Numbered from the whole stretch's first letter, positions 49,571 to 62,893 are shown. The stretch: 63,602 bases of DNA, filler included, from Octopus bimaculoides (GCF_001194135.2; 3 parts of 3 records of this genome joined end to end with filler, not necessarily neighbours in it); one strand, 5' to 3'. The notes: generated by a model from the letters alone, not told the origin. Translations and numbers: made by a program.

Positions 49571-51441
49571 CTTAAAGATTATCTCTTTTTCACTTGCATA
49601 AGATGCGAGGCAAGGAAGTCCATCAGGTAGCTCATGATGCCCCCTTTTTCAACAGCAAGTACACCATCTACAAACTAATTGGTTAATTCTGATTAAATAT
49701 CATATTTCTCGACGCAATGTAACCTAGGTTGAGTGCCAAAAATCCAGTTACATACTGATTAATCAATTGCAAACCTATTGTCGGGAACGTTATTGCTCTC
49801 GAGAATTCGATCTTAAATACACAGAGCACAATACATAAATGATAAACCTAAATTTTACTAAACCGACATTAGATTTACATGTCAATCTCAAATCTCAGTT
49901 AATACAGTAGAACGTAGGTTGCATTCACACGTGTTTTATAGTAACATACTTGATCTCTTCCTTGCTTCATTTTCGTCAATTCTGAATTATCTATATTCTG
50001 GATGTCTCAATGAATTTCTATCAGCTTTCACAATTATCTCTACTCCTACAAACCTATAGCACAAGATAAAATATAATAGAATCAATACCACCATTATTTC
50101 AAATATTTATATGAGACTTGCTCTGTTTTTACATAAGTCTAGCTACTATATGTTTCCTGAGATAAGAGTAAATATTACATTATTGTCATTGTGGATATTA
50201 TGTTTTATATGTTTTCATCTTATAGACTGAATTCAATTTATCTAAGATGGCCACATTACGAAATATATGGTCTGTCAACTTAGTTATTCTTTTGCGACTG
50301 TACTATTAGCTTTGTGTGTACAAACACGTGTGAAATATAAAAAGTAAAGGAATTATAAAACTAATAATGCTAATTGTCATTTTAAAAGAAGGAGGATATT
50401 ATTGCTGCGAAGAATATTTGCTATTTTACTGATCATTAAGGGAACATTTTAGAATTTAATGGTGACGTTTTCTGTCAGGACTACGGTAATTTAAAAACGA
50501 ATGTGCTTCCTATTGATCACAGATTCCATTCTATTTTTGTTAGGCAAGCATAGAAAAAAGACTGTTAAGATATTACCGGACGTATCTGCAACTTTCAACT
50601 TCCTATGATTTACTTCTTAACTATTTAAGTATTCTTTTACCAAGGGTGACTCCAACCAAACTTCAGGCAATTTTTATCTCTCTTGACAGCAGACTGACGT
50701 TTTTATGATATATAAATCTTATAGACACTTTTTATTTGATACATATTTTGTATGGCTCACTTCATTGTAGTTATTTTCCCCTTTTCTAAGTCTGAGACCT
50801 CTTGTAAGATAGGTCTCTGTTGTACTCGTATGAGGAAAACAGAGCATAACAATTAAAGAGATATGCAATGTTTGAACAGTGGAATAGTTACAAAAGTTTC
50901 TTGAGAATAGAAAATTATGAGGAACAATAATAGTATATACCTGCTATAGAGCCTTGAAGTTTGTAGATATTCAATACATTGAATATCATGTGCCACCAGT
51001 GAATAAGGTAGAGATGTAACAGTGGTTAAATGAAGAACAACGCCACATATAAGCATTTTGAAACAAATGAATGAAGGAAGCAAACGTAGAAGGGAATTGG
51101 AAATGTGAAACGAATAAGGAAATGAATTGAAAAGCAAGATAAAATGTAAAGGGGGGAAGAAATGCGAAGCTGATCTAATCACACAAATCAAAAGATCGAG
51201 ACAGCATGGAGAAGATAATTCAGAATAAGTATCTGCGGAAGGAACAGGAATAATGGGAAAATAGAAACTGGAAATCATGTATGTGAATTTGTGCATATGC
51301 GCGTTTGATTGTATTGTTGTGATCTTGTATTTGCGTAGGAGTAAATAGACAAATTAACAATTATATGCAACGGGTCAGGCAGTACTCATGACGAGGCCAT
51401 AAACTTTGTATATCTGTTTCTTTATATAATTATTAGCATCC

Positions 51442-51499
<58 letters not shown>

Positions 51500-51578
51500 T
51501 ATGAACATTTGTATATACATATCTATATGTGTGCATGCATTTATGTATATACATACCAATATATGCACAAATATATAT

Positions 51579-51615
<37 letters not shown>

Positions 51616-52480
51616 CACNNNNNNNNNNNNNNNNNNNNNNNNNNNNNNNNNNNNNNNNNNNNNNNNNNNNNNNNNNNNNNNNNNNNNNNNNNNNNNNNNN
51701 NNNNNNNNNNNNNNNNNNNNNNNNNNNNNNNNNNNNNNNNNNNNNNNNNNNNNNNNNNNNNNNNNNNNNNNNNNNNNNNNNNNNNNNNNNNNNNNNNNNT
51801 ATATATATATATATGCGCATGTATATATATGCGAATGCATGCATGTACGGATGTGTATGAGTGTCCATGTAATTGTGTGTTGATATAAACGGTTACAGTA
51901 TACTATTAACGAGAATGACGGTAAATGAAAAACTGGATAGCGAACGAATCTATACAATGGAAAGGAAATAGAATAAGAGGAAATTTAGTAAGGGAATTAC
52001 AAGTACATTTGGAGAAAAAAAAACTTATATATATATGAAAGAGAATCTTTAGATATAAGGGCAAAGTGAGTACTTGAAAGAGAATGGAATATATGGGAGG
52101 AATGGCGCATAATAGCGCTTTAGGATAACGGAATTAATATTAAATTTAAATATTGAGAATTCTTCAGAGAATTGTCATATTCTACAATTCATTTATCTTT
52201 TAGAAATCAATTACTGAACTAAAACTTTTCAGTAGATTAATAATAATAGTTTTCACCTGATTATGTAGACAAAGAAACCTGGCTGAAATGAAAAATGTTA
52301 GATTTCGTTCTAAGTTTCCTAGTTTGCTTGTATTTTACAAATGCATATCCCTAGATAATTTGTAGATTCCCTATTACCTTAATATGCAGCGGTGAATTAC
52401 AATGGTACTCATTGTCACAACTAGACTGATGTATGCAAACCTGATTACTTCGTGAAACGAGCTTAATTCATTTCACTTAC

Positions 52481-52591
52481 CTTTCAAATAGCATGCGCAA
52501 AGGTATGATACTGACAGGGAAGCTCAAATCAGGATGGGGAAATCGATAATTGTTTCTTCCCATTAATTGTCTTATTATTCCAAATTTTAAT
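52481..52591 (-). CDS. Candidate internal exon (111 nt, phase 2-2) LKFGIIRQLMGRNNYRFPHPDLSFPVSIIPLRMLFE
   Basis: Acceptor TTGCTTTATTTTGCTACAG, donor AAG|GTAAGT, one open frame; no homology recognised. Confidence 0.35.
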
Positions 52592-54760
52592 CTGTAGCAA
52601 AATAAAGCAACAACATACAATGAAAAACATACGATAAGGGTTTAAACAATACTATTGAAATTAGCAAGACGGTTTCAGTGGGAATCCCAACGTACATTAA
52701 GTGAAATAACTTCATCTGAGTACTGACAATGGTCCAGATAACTAACCGATGTAACTTTATACATATGAGGACATAAGCAGTTTTCTTCTACTTATTAATT
52801 TATAATCCTTGTTTATATATAAAATGCACCACAATTATTTTTGCGGTGAGATATTGGATAATATCATGTTACAAGTGTGATATTCAATTTGAAAAAAGGA
52901 AAGAAACAAAAAACTGATTTAGATTAATCTCTTGAAGACAGAAAAAAAAAAAGCAAAGCGAGAAAAAAAACTCAACTTCATATTTGAAACAGATATAGGG
53001 TAAGAAATTAACTACATCAATTGAAACCTATCAATAAAGAAGCGCAAAATATATGCATAAAGATGTAGGACAAAAAATTTCGAAAGTTACCAGGAGTGGT
53101 GTTTACAATATTCCGCTAGATGGTGACATGTAAATACTATTGTTAATCGATATAGATAGCCATCTTCACCGTAAAAATAAGGAAAAGAAATAGACGAACA
53201 ACTCATTGTTGGAGCAGTTTAGACAGTGTTTACTGCAGAAGAGATATACTTAGAAAACCAACAAAGATATAAACCAAGTTATTGTAACTCTCTATGTCTG
53301 TCTTGATAATGTCTTTGTCTTGTGTTACTTTGTCTTGTGTTATTATATCTGATCAAACGCAGGTAGAAAAGAGAACAAATTGAATAACAGAGAAACAACG
53401 TGAAGAAAACTTACTTTATAAAGACAGACATGGACACAGATAAGCTGTTCAATTAAGTTTGAAAATATAATTGGAGAACAAATACGATGTAGTATCATAA
53501 TCATTTTGTGCCTAATGAGTACTATTTTTAAAATCTGTAGATTGTTATTTCCTGCTCTATTTGTTTTCAAATACTTAATTGACACATGAAAATCAGGGAA
53601 GGGATTTATTGAGGACGTGAACCTGGTAACTAAACTGACTAAATATTTTGGTCGAAAACGTTTTAATGTTCGTACAAAAAACATGACTGTATGTAAAACA
53701 TATAAATTAAAACTTATTATTTTCCTTCCTATATTTCTTTCCATACTGTGTAATACAGGTCAAAAATAGCAAACACATTAATTACTCTATGTAATTTTTC
53801 TAAACGTCTTGAATAGCAAAATGGGTAAAAATACCAAATGATTAGATATGCATATATTATGTTCTATTGCTATTAAACAACTTTGTTGTAGTTCTGTAAC
53901 TGTTGGACGAAAACGACAGGGATCTTTTCAGAAATAGTTTACTCATTGTAAAGAAAAGAAAAATACAAAGAGAGCAACTTAACGCGTAAGAGGTTAAACG
54001 TTATGAAATGCTTCTTACCATCGAACAACTAATACCACATTATTTCTTATAATGTGCAGTTTAAATAGCAGTCATTTATGCTGAAATATGTAGGTTAAAT
54101 AATAAATAAAAATGTATTAAACCAAATCGATAGTGTTAGAACACAACAACAATTCTAGCAATATTAAATTGCCTGACGGTTTTAGGTTTGCTACAACACG
54201 TATTATATTAACAGATTTAAAATATGTAAAATGTATTGAAGTGCCAGTATGTAACGTTTTTTTTTTTGTGTAAGTCTCTATTTCATCGTTGCTTTCTAAT
54301 GATAGAAATAAGAAGTGGAATAAAGTTAAACATCATCGATATTCCTCCCTGTGCCTATGAAATGTTGTATCCCTGCCGTAAGGCTTTATTTCCACACACG
54401 CCAGCTTAATTTAATTCGTCCTTAGTCGAAAGACACCTATTGTCCTGTTATTATTTTTATTGCATTTGTGTAACATTATTCGTTTTCTTTTCAATCCTTG
54501 TTTTTGTATACATTCGCTGCTTTCCTCCAAGGGATCTAATGTTCTTAGCTTAGTTTTCCCTCGGGGTTGGCCAGATTTTTTTTTCAGGAGTCGATGAAAT
54601 GAATGCCAGTTACGAACTGGGTTCAATGTAATCGACTAGTCCCTTACACCAAATTTCAGGTCTTGTGCCTATATTAGAAAGGATTATTACTACATTTGCT
54701 GCTGCTCTTAGCAACTCGGGCAGATTTTGTGTGACTCCACTCAGGCACATCTCCCTCGGT

Positions 54761-55000
54761 GGAGACGCGCGGGTTCGTAGTTAGGGTGTTTGACTCATGA
54801 TTGAAAGATTGCGTTTTCGGTTCCTGAACCGGGCGACGTCTTGTGCTCTTGAGCAAAACACTCCATTTCACGTTACTCCAGTCCGCTCAGCTGCAAAAAT
54901 GAGTAACCCTGCGACGGACTGGCATCCCGTCCAGATAGGGAATATATACACCATGAAACAGTGTAACAGGCCCTTACGAGTCGGTATGATTCGAAAAGGT
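54761..55000 (+). mobile_element. SINE family D, preceded by a family B tail fragment (~54570-54690)
   Basis: Colinear with 17318-17570. Confidence 0.8.
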
Positions 55001-55729
55001 AATATCTCACTCACTTATCACATTTTTTTTTTCGTCTTGTTTCCACTCTGCATGTCATTGATTAACCATTACAGCCATTTCTTTTTTCACAGATTTTCAA
55101 CACTCTTGAACCTGTCATTCCTGAAATTCTCCATCAACATCTGTTCAAGGAAGATATTAAGAGTATGAGATGTAGTGCCTATAAACTACGTAATAAGAAC
55201 ATGGGTTTATTGACCTCTTTCAGATCAAACCATTGTAGAGAAACCCTAATAATGACCAAGATAATGTTTTCAGAATAATTTATTGATTCATCAAAACGCT
55301 GTTTATAATTTAGAAAATTAGATCATTTTTTCCTTTCGTTTTATTTGAAATTTCTACTTTTAGCTGTATGCTTTGAAAAAAGATATTCATCTAGTATTAT
55401 GGGAATCAAACATTTTACTTCCAGCCTTATTTTCCTGTTTTCAAAAGCGCTCTGAAGTTGTGATATCTGAAGCATGAAAAAATTACGCTACACTAAATTA
55501 GAAAAAAAGAGAAAAAAATATTGGCGAAGATAAAGAAAGCGCTTTACATTATAAAGGAAAACAACTTCGTAAGAATTGCATAAAATTTTCAAAACCACTC
55601 ATTTACAATTGTTTCAGTTTATAACTTTCATATTCCACTTCAATGAATGTATTGTTAACTAATTTCTTTTAACACTTTCGGGTTTCTCATTAATACACGC
55701 GCACACTTATTCACAGAGACAAATGCATA

Positions 55730-56260
55730 CATACATACATACATACATACATACNNNNNNNNNNNNNNNNNNNNNNNNNNNNNNNNNNNNNNNNNNNNNN
55801 NNNNNNNNNNNNNNNNNNNNNNNNNNNNNNNNNNNNNNNNNNNNNNNATATATATATATATATATATACATACATATATATATATTTATATATATATGTA
55901 TAGATATATACATATATATACACACACATATATATATGCATATATATAAATATAAATCTATGTATATATATATATGTGTATGTATATAAATATATATGCA
56001 CACACATATATAAACATATATGTGTATGTACATATGTAGATATTCGCGTACATAGATACACACACAGACACAGACACACAGGGGTGTGTCGGTGTGTGTG
56101 TGTATATACGTATATATAGACACACACACATATATACATATATGTGTGTGTATACAGATATAGATGTACGTGCACATAGATACATACACATGCATACACA
56201 CGTATATACATATATACGTGTGCACGTGTATATACCCCTCTCCCCCCACACACACAACAT
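55730..56260. repeat. Degenerate TA/CA/TACA low-complexity tract
   Basis: Direct inspection. Confidence 0.9.
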
Positions 56261-56689
56261 ACACTTATATATAGATTGTGGCATGTATAATAAAAAAGAA
56301 AATTTCTTTAGCTTTGAAAATTATTTTACAGAATTTGAAAAAAAAAAATGGGCCTTTAGAAATTCATTAATGAGTTTATATATATAGATGTGCGTGTGCA
56401 TGCGCGCACGCGTGCATGTATTTGTAATTCTGCGTTTAAATAAAATGTACGCATATTTCAAACCTCATAGCCGCACAGACTTACACGCAAACGTGCACGC
56501 GCGCACACACCCACGCGCAGACACACACATAGAGGCAAACGAATATTTATGAATAACAGAATGACCAACCGCTTTAAAGCGATTATATTAGTTGTTTGCA
56601 GCTATTTACCTTATAATACCAAGTCTATTCCCTTTTAGAACTAGAGCTACGCTGTTCTATATTTGAGAGATGAGGAATTATGTACATTA

Positions 56690-56830
56690 TAGATGTTTTC
56701 GATCTAGTTTGGATTCTTTGCCATAAAATTTGAATTCTTTGCCAAAAAATTTGAATTCTTTGCAATCAAATTTGATTCCAAAGAATTCAAATTAGATGGC
56801 AAAGAATCCAAACTAGATCGAAAACATCTA
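56690..56830. mobile_element. Foldback MITE, 141 bp, nested in the PLE terminus
   Basis: Perfect 34-bp TIR TAGATGTTTTCGATCTAGTTTGGATTCTTTGCCA; internal AAATTTGAATTCTTTG repeats; TA duplication. Confidence 0.9.
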
Positions 56831-56903
56831 TATTTTACATTTGACGGATATTTGTCCTCATCTTGTTTTTTGTTAACGCAACGTTTTGGCTGATATAGCC
56901 TCC

Positions 56904-56975
56904 GGGCATATGGCGTAGCGGTTAAGAACACGGGGTACTAACCCCAAGATTCCGAAGTTCGATTCCAGGCAGTGA

Positions 56976-56979
<4 letters not shown>
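56904..56979 (+). promoter_or_regulatory. tRNA-like segment with Pol III A and B boxes
   Basis: A box TGGCGTAGCGG (56911-21), B box GTTCGATTCC (56957-66), GGGG-TACTAA-CCCC anticodon-arm remnant. Confidence 0.75.
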
Positions 56980-57029
<50 letters not shown>

Positions 57030-57090
57030 TAATAATAATAACATCGAAAAATACGTTAGGAATGAGAACCCAGGTTCGAAATTTTCCCAA

Positions 57091-57136
57091 GACACCTGAT
57101 GAAGCCTGGAGGGTATAGCAGTGGAAACGTTGTGTC
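57091..57136 (+). ncRNA. Hammerhead motif, stem II degenerate
   Basis: GACAC CTGATGA A GCCTG..CAGTG GAAA CGT T GTGTC; stem I perfect, stem II has two mismatches. Confidence 0.5.
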
Positions 57137-57296
57137 AACAAACAAGATGACGACAAATTTCCGTCTAATGTAAATAATGTAGAGCTACGCTATCTCCCGA
57201 TATGAACATTCTATACATTTATAGATGTCGTGTTCTATATACGCAGGTTCAGTACGTTAGAGAAGTTAACTAATATATTCAAATATTTGAAATAGA

Positions 57297-57459
57297 AGGC
57301 GCAAGTGTGGCTGTGTGCTAAGAGGCATGGCACTCAAACACTTTGTTCTGAGTTCGGTCCCACTCTGTGAAACATTGGGCAAGTTCCTTCAGTAGCTTCG
57401 GGCCAATCAAAGCGTTTTGAGTGGATTTGGTTGACGGAAACTAAAACAAGCCCGTACTG

Positions 57460-57460
<1 letters not shown>
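57297..57460 (+). mobile_element. Old SINE family A 5' half
   Basis: GGCGCAAGTGTGGCTGTGTG...GAGTGGATTTGGTTGACGGAAACT. Confidence 0.75.
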
Positions 57461-57497
<37 letters not shown>

Positions 57498-57501
57498 ACT
57501 A

Positions 57502-57545
<44 letters not shown>

Positions 57546-58218
57546 NNNNNNNNNNNNNNNNNNNNNNNNNNNNNNNNNNNNNNNNNNNNNNNNNNNNNNN
57601 NNNNNNNNNNNNNNNNNNNNNNNNNNNNNNNNNNNNNNNNNNNNNNNNNNNNNNNNNNNNNNNNNNNNNNNNNNNNNNNNNNNNNNNNNNNNNNNNNNNN
57701 NNNNNNNNNNNNNNNNNNNNNNNNNNNNNNNNNNNNNNNNNNNNNNNNNNNNNNNNNNNNNNNNNNNNNNNNNNNNNNNNNNNNNNNNNNNNNNNNNNNN
57801 NNNNNNNNNNNNNNNNNNNNNNNNNTATATATATATATATATATGCATACGAACACACACATATATGTATGTATGTATCTATATGGCAGTGATTTCAAAG
57901 TTCCCACCTGGTAGCCGTCGCTGGATTTTATGGGTATATGTATGTATAAATGTATTCTGTGTGTGTAGATATGTCAGTGTTAGAATTTTAAATTACATAC
58001 CTGAATATATTTTAACATTTTGTCAATATCATGTGAATATGTATAGTTCTGTTTCTATTTATCTATCTACACACACATACACACACACGTATACACATAT
58101 ATCCGAATTTTGTATGAATTAGGAAACGGCGACGAATGAAGTTTCATAAATAGAATTAGGTTAGGGCTCCTAAATGAATTTACAATATACGTACAAGCAT
58201 ACATACATACATGCATAC

Positions 58219-58278
<60 letters not shown>

Positions 58279-58542
58279 TCTAATTCTTACTTGTGCTTGA
58301 ATTTGTACACCTCGTCACAGAAAGAAACGGTTCTTTTAAAAAGTCTCTTAAAAGGNNNNNNNNNNNNNNNNNNNNNNNNNNNNNNNNNNNNNNNNNNNNT
58401 TAATTAATTAANNNNNNNNNNNNNNNNNNNNNNNNNNNNNNNNNNNNNNNNNNNNTCAAGGGTTGAACAGACAGAACACAACAAAGAGAAAAAGTTAGAC
58501 GAAAGCAGAGCAAACGGGAAAATATATTCTTTTAAACCTGAG

Positions 58543-58631
58543 ACTATAGTAGAAGACATCTGCCATAGGTGCCACGCAGTGGGACTGAACCTGGAACCAT
58601 GCGGTTGGGAAGTAAGACTCTTACCACACAG

Positions 58632-58636
<5 letters not shown>
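58543..58636 (-). mobile_element. SINE family A head
   Basis: GGTGCCACGCAGTGGGACTGAACCTGGAACCATGCGGTTGGG. Confidence 0.85.
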
Positions 58637-58667
<31 letters not shown>

Positions 58668-59449
58668 TGTGTTACAATATGCAATTCAGACTTCCAACAA
58701 AGATCTGCTCATGAGAGAAGTAGGATCAAATGACCCCCTAGCCTCTTTAAATTCCCTGTTGTAGATCACAGTTTTACATGAAAGGAGCAGAAATGTTGCT
58801 TAAGAGCGCATATATTCAAGGTGAAGGTTCTGTGTTTTCTTGAAAAAAGCACTTAAGTATTTGAATAATCGGATCCATTAATTCTATATCGGTACTCACT
58901 GCATTTTCAAGTATCTTATCTACATATCTTTATTGTATTAATGAGTGCACACTCACAGTTCTGTAATTTAAGTTACTTGACACTTGAAAGTCTTATTATT
59001 TTTAAAACAACAATCATATTGAACAATATCATATTAAAATAATCAATCGCAGTAAATTTGAACTGATTTTACTCAAAGACAGGAAGTTGTATTATGTTTA
59101 ATGAGGATTTTCCTTGAAAGACAATTGATTTTATAAATCAAAAATGTTCAATGTGAATAGGTTACATGTTTGAATACGTTTATAGAAATGGAATAAAACA
59201 AGCGATAAAACAAAAGAAATAACAATAATAAACAACTAATAAAACAGAAGAATCAACAACAACAACAAACAAAATATAAAAACATAATTAAAGTAATAAC
59301 TAAGAAATATAACACCAATCTCAGTTTGAACTCAGGTCTTCATGATTCATGTATTTGTAAGTTTATTGTATTTCACAGGTACTACAGCGGCATTGCCTCT
59401 AATAGAACAGTATTTCTTTCGTATTCTTTCCTATCTTTCACACAAATAC

Positions 59450-59482
59450 GCACACACATGTATATGTATGTATATATGTATG

Positions 59483-59516
<34 letters not shown>

Positions 59517-60355
59517 TGTATGTATGTATGTATGTATGTGTGTGTGTGTATGTATGTGTGTGTGTATGTGTGTGTGAGTGTGTGTGTCCTTGTGTTGANN
59601 NNNNNNNNNNNNNNNNNNNNNNNNNNNNNNNNNNNNNNNNNNNNNNNNNNNNNNNNNNNNNNNNNNNNNNNNNNNNNNNNNNNNNNNNNNNNNNNNNNNN
59701 NNNNNNNNNNNNNNNNNNNNNNNNNNNNNNNNNNNNNNNNNNNNNNNNNNNNNNNNNNNNNNNNNNNNNNNNNNNNNNNNNNNNNNNNNNNNNNNNNNNN
59801 NNNNNNNNNNNNNNNNNNNNNNNNNNNNNNNNNNNNNNNNNNNNNNNNNNNNNNNNNNNNNNNNNNNNNNNNNNNNNNNNNNNNNNNNNNNNNNNNNNNN
59901 NNNNNNNNNNNNNNNNNNNNNNNNNNNNNNNNNNNNNNNNNNNNNNNNNNNNNNNNNNNNNNNNNNNNNNNNNNNNNNNNNNNNNNNNNNNNNNNNNNNN
60001 NNNNNNNNNNNNNNNNNNNNNNNNNNNNNNNNNNNNNNNNNNNNNNNNNNNNNNNNNNNNNNNNNNNNNNNNNNNNNNNNNNNNNNNNNNNNNNNNNNNN
60101 NNNNNNNNNNNNNNNNNNNNNNNNNNNNNNNNNNNNNNNNNNNNNNNNNNNNNNNNNNNNNATACATACACACATACATGCACATATACACACATACATA
60201 ATACATAAACACATGCACATATACACACATACATACATACATACACTTACATAAGCACACATACATACACATAATACATACATACATACACACACATACA
60301 TACATACACACATGCATGAACATATACACACATACATAATACATATACACATACA
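59450..60355. repeat. TATG/TG and CATA/CA microsatellites flanking a gap
   Basis: Direct inspection. Confidence 0.9.
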
Positions 60356-60365
60356 NNNNNNNNNN

Positions 60366-60960
60366 AAGTGCTATACAAGTGTGGAAGATATCACCCACAT
60401 CATCAACAGCTGCTCCAAAATATCTACGAGATACTACCTGCCTCTGAGGTATGATATAGATGCAAAGACTATTTATAACACTATCTGCAGGAAGGATTGC
60501 CCTGATAATACACATCAAACGTATGTCAGAACCAGCATATATTCACACCTTTATTAACAAAGAATAATAATGGAACACTCCAATAAAAACAACAATTTGG
60601 TGCAAGCATAACAGACTTAATATTGTTCTGTGAGACAGGGATCAAAAGTCATGCACTGTTATAGAGGTCCGCTGTCCAGTAGATGTGAATGTACCATCAA
60701 AAGCCAAAAAAAAAAGAGAACCTTTATGGCGAATTAATAGGGAACTTACTGCTCTTGTACTCTGTCTATACATTTTCATTTGTATCTATCACCATATAGG
60801 CATTAGGCCTACAAAATTGACACAAAAACTAAGAAATACTCGGTTTTTGGAAGAAAGAACAAAAGAAACTGATGCAGATTCTCCAAATCCAATCTATTAG
60901 TGGCACAATGAAGATTTGTAAGACTTTCCAAAGATGCTCCATTTGAAATTCTTTAAATGA
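60366..60960 (+). mobile_element. RLE-type LINE (R2/R4/NeSL group) C-terminal pseudogene
   Basis: CCHC-like KC..VEDITHIINSCSKISTRYYLPLR; nuclease region CKHNR..IVL..DQKSCTVIEVRCPVDVNV; end LQIQSISGTMKICKTF; frameshifted. Confidence 0.8.
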
Positions 60961-61144
60961 ATCGATGGGCACACTTGGGTAAGTGCATCAACAGCTCAAC
61001 CAACACACAAACTCAACCACATATTTACAGAACCGGGAAGTCTCTTGAATCAACAAGCCTTGTGGCTTTGTTAGTAACCTGCTTGATCTCTCTTCAGAAG
61101 AACTTAGATAAAACTCAAAGAAAAACACATACAAGACTCTAAGG

Positions 61145-61215
61145 CAGCGTTTCTCAACCAATCTTAACCTGTGGACCACTTTGATTCTAATTTTACTTGA
61201 CTGGACCCCATCACC
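61145..61215 (+). mobile_element. hAT-like left-end fragment
   Basis: CAGCGTTTCTCAACC resembles a Charlie-type TIR; no partner found. Confidence 0.35.
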
Positions 61216-61324
61216 CCCAACTGCCATTTGAAAGATTTGAAAGAGATACGGTCTGTTCTATTAAGCAACCACAGACATGTTTCTCATTCATTTGTCTTTA
61301 CTATATTTATTTAGAAAAGGCATT

Positions 61325-61472
61325 AGGAAGGGTACGCAGCCATAGAAACCAAGCCGAAACAGATATGGAGCCTGAAGAGTCCTTCAGCTGGTCAGCTCCT
61401 GTCAAACCGTCCAACCTGTGCCAGAATAGAAAACGGACATTAAATGATGATGATGATGATGATGATGATGAT
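61325..61472 (+). repeat. Retroposon 3' tail ending in (GAT)n
   Basis: GCTCCTGTCAAACCGTCCAACC...AAAACGGACATTAAATGATGATG. Confidence 0.45.
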
Positions 61473-61519
61473 GTGGTGGGTTGGCAAAATCACGAGCCAA
61501 GTCAGACAAAATGCTTTGT

Positions 61520-61780
61520 GGCGTTTCTTCTGTTTTCTTTTATCTTTTACTTGCTTCAGGCTTTAGACTGCGGCCATGCTGGGGCACTGCCTTGAAGAAT
61601 TTTTAGTCGAATGAGTTGACCCCAGTACTCATTTTTTAAGGCCTCGTACTTATTCTAACACTCTCTTTTTGCTGAACCACTAAGTTATGGGAACTTAATC
61701 ACACCAGCACCAGTTGTCAAGCAGTGGTGGAGTACAAACACATATACAAAGTCATATACACACACGCGCACACACACAAA
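61520..61780 (-). mobile_element. SINE family A 3' half
   Basis: GACTGCGGCCATGCTGG...GTTGACCCCAGTACT...GTACTTATTCTA...GTTGTCAAGC. Confidence 0.8.
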
Positions 61781-62638
61781 TGAAACTAACACTTACATCC
61801 CATTTTAACAGACATATTTACCAAAATGACATAAAAATATCTTTAAGTACTAAAGAGTAAATTTACTCAATAAAATCGCCATTGACTTCAACCACGACCT
61901 CCAGACAATTTCAGAATCTCCTGCAAATCTTCTGGACGGTCTCCTTTTTTAACTTGATGAATGCTGCCATTATCCTTACCTTCAGTTCATCTTTGGTGTT
62001 ACAAGGAGTTTTGTTGGCCTCTCATTCAGCTGTGCTCTACACATAATGATCAAGGGGGGGGGGGCTGCAGTCTCGGGAGTTAGGTGGCCAGATGTTAGGG
62101 GTGATGTAGTCACAGAAATTGTCTGACAGCCATAACTGGCTTCTCCTCCTTGTGTGGCATGGTGCAGAATCATGGTGCCAGACATAGGGTCTTCCAGCAG
62201 CCACCCTCTTGACCCAGGGCAGCACTACTTCCTCCAGGGACTTGATGTAAGCCTCCGTGTTGAGTGTGAAGCGGCGTGGGAAGATGAATGGAGGCATAAC
62301 ATCCCCATCACTTGTGATTACTCCAAACACCATGATGTTGAGACTGGATGTTTGATTTTTATCACTCTTGGTACATGTTTTGGAGACATAGCAAGCCAAC
62401 GGTTGTTCTTTGTGTTCACCATAAGTTCGTACTATAGCTTCCGGCGTGAATGCCAAGCAGTACATCATGTCGTTTCCAAATTTCTGGCAGAGTGAATTGC
62501 GTCATGGTGTTATTTTTCTCACAGACAGTGCTCAACTGTCCCTACTATACTATGCAGTCGACAAAATCAAAAACAAACAATGTGCATGCGTGAAATTAAA
62601 AATACACAATGGCGACAATTTACCCATTGCACCCTGTA
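61780..62638 (-). mobile_element. maT/Tc1-like transposon, internally deleted; same family as 27101-27550
   Basis: 5' TIR TA+CAGGGTG at 62638; IMVFGVITSDGDVMPPFIFP...NTEAYIKSLEEVVLPWVKRVAAGRPYVWHHDSAPCHT...WPPNSRDC. Confidence 0.9.
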
Positions 62639-62641
62639 TAT

Positions 62642-62855
62642 ATCTATATATATAAAGCAGAGTTTGCATGTGTGTGTGTGTTTGGGTGTGTGTATGTTCC
62701 TTGTGCCTTCAAAAACACTTAGTTGCTGATTTTCATGAGTATCAAAAGATTCAGTAATCTTTTGGCTACCAAATAAAGTTTATTTTCATTTACATATTTC
62801 CATTATAAAAATTTCACATTATGATCTTTCTATAAGTCAACTATCATAAACAACA

Positions 62856-62893
<38 letters not shown>

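Larger units (their letters stand above)
56654..57180. mobile_element. Penelope-type inverted terminal-repeat pair with tRNA-like head, single insertion
   Basis: 56654-56903 is the reverse-complement 3' end (MITE-interrupted); 56904-57180 is tRNA-like head + (AAT)n + hammerhead tail; 12-bp direct repeat TAGAGCTACGCT at 56642-53 and 57180-91. Confidence 0.85.

Noticed and set aside
49950-50053. Minus-strand exon-like segment in phase with 52481-52591
   Set aside because: In-frame TAA mid-exon; could only be a terminal exon or pseudo-exon
53113-53125. CTCF-like CCGCTAGATGGTG
   Set aside because: Single imperfect motif, expected by chance at this window size
54019-54080. Strong minus-strand acceptor/donor pair
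   Set aside because: Stops in all three frames
55093-55162. Plus-strand exon candidate IFNTLEPVIPEILHQHLFKEDIK
   Set aside because: Phase incompatible with the 18896 donor; no homology or partner exon identified
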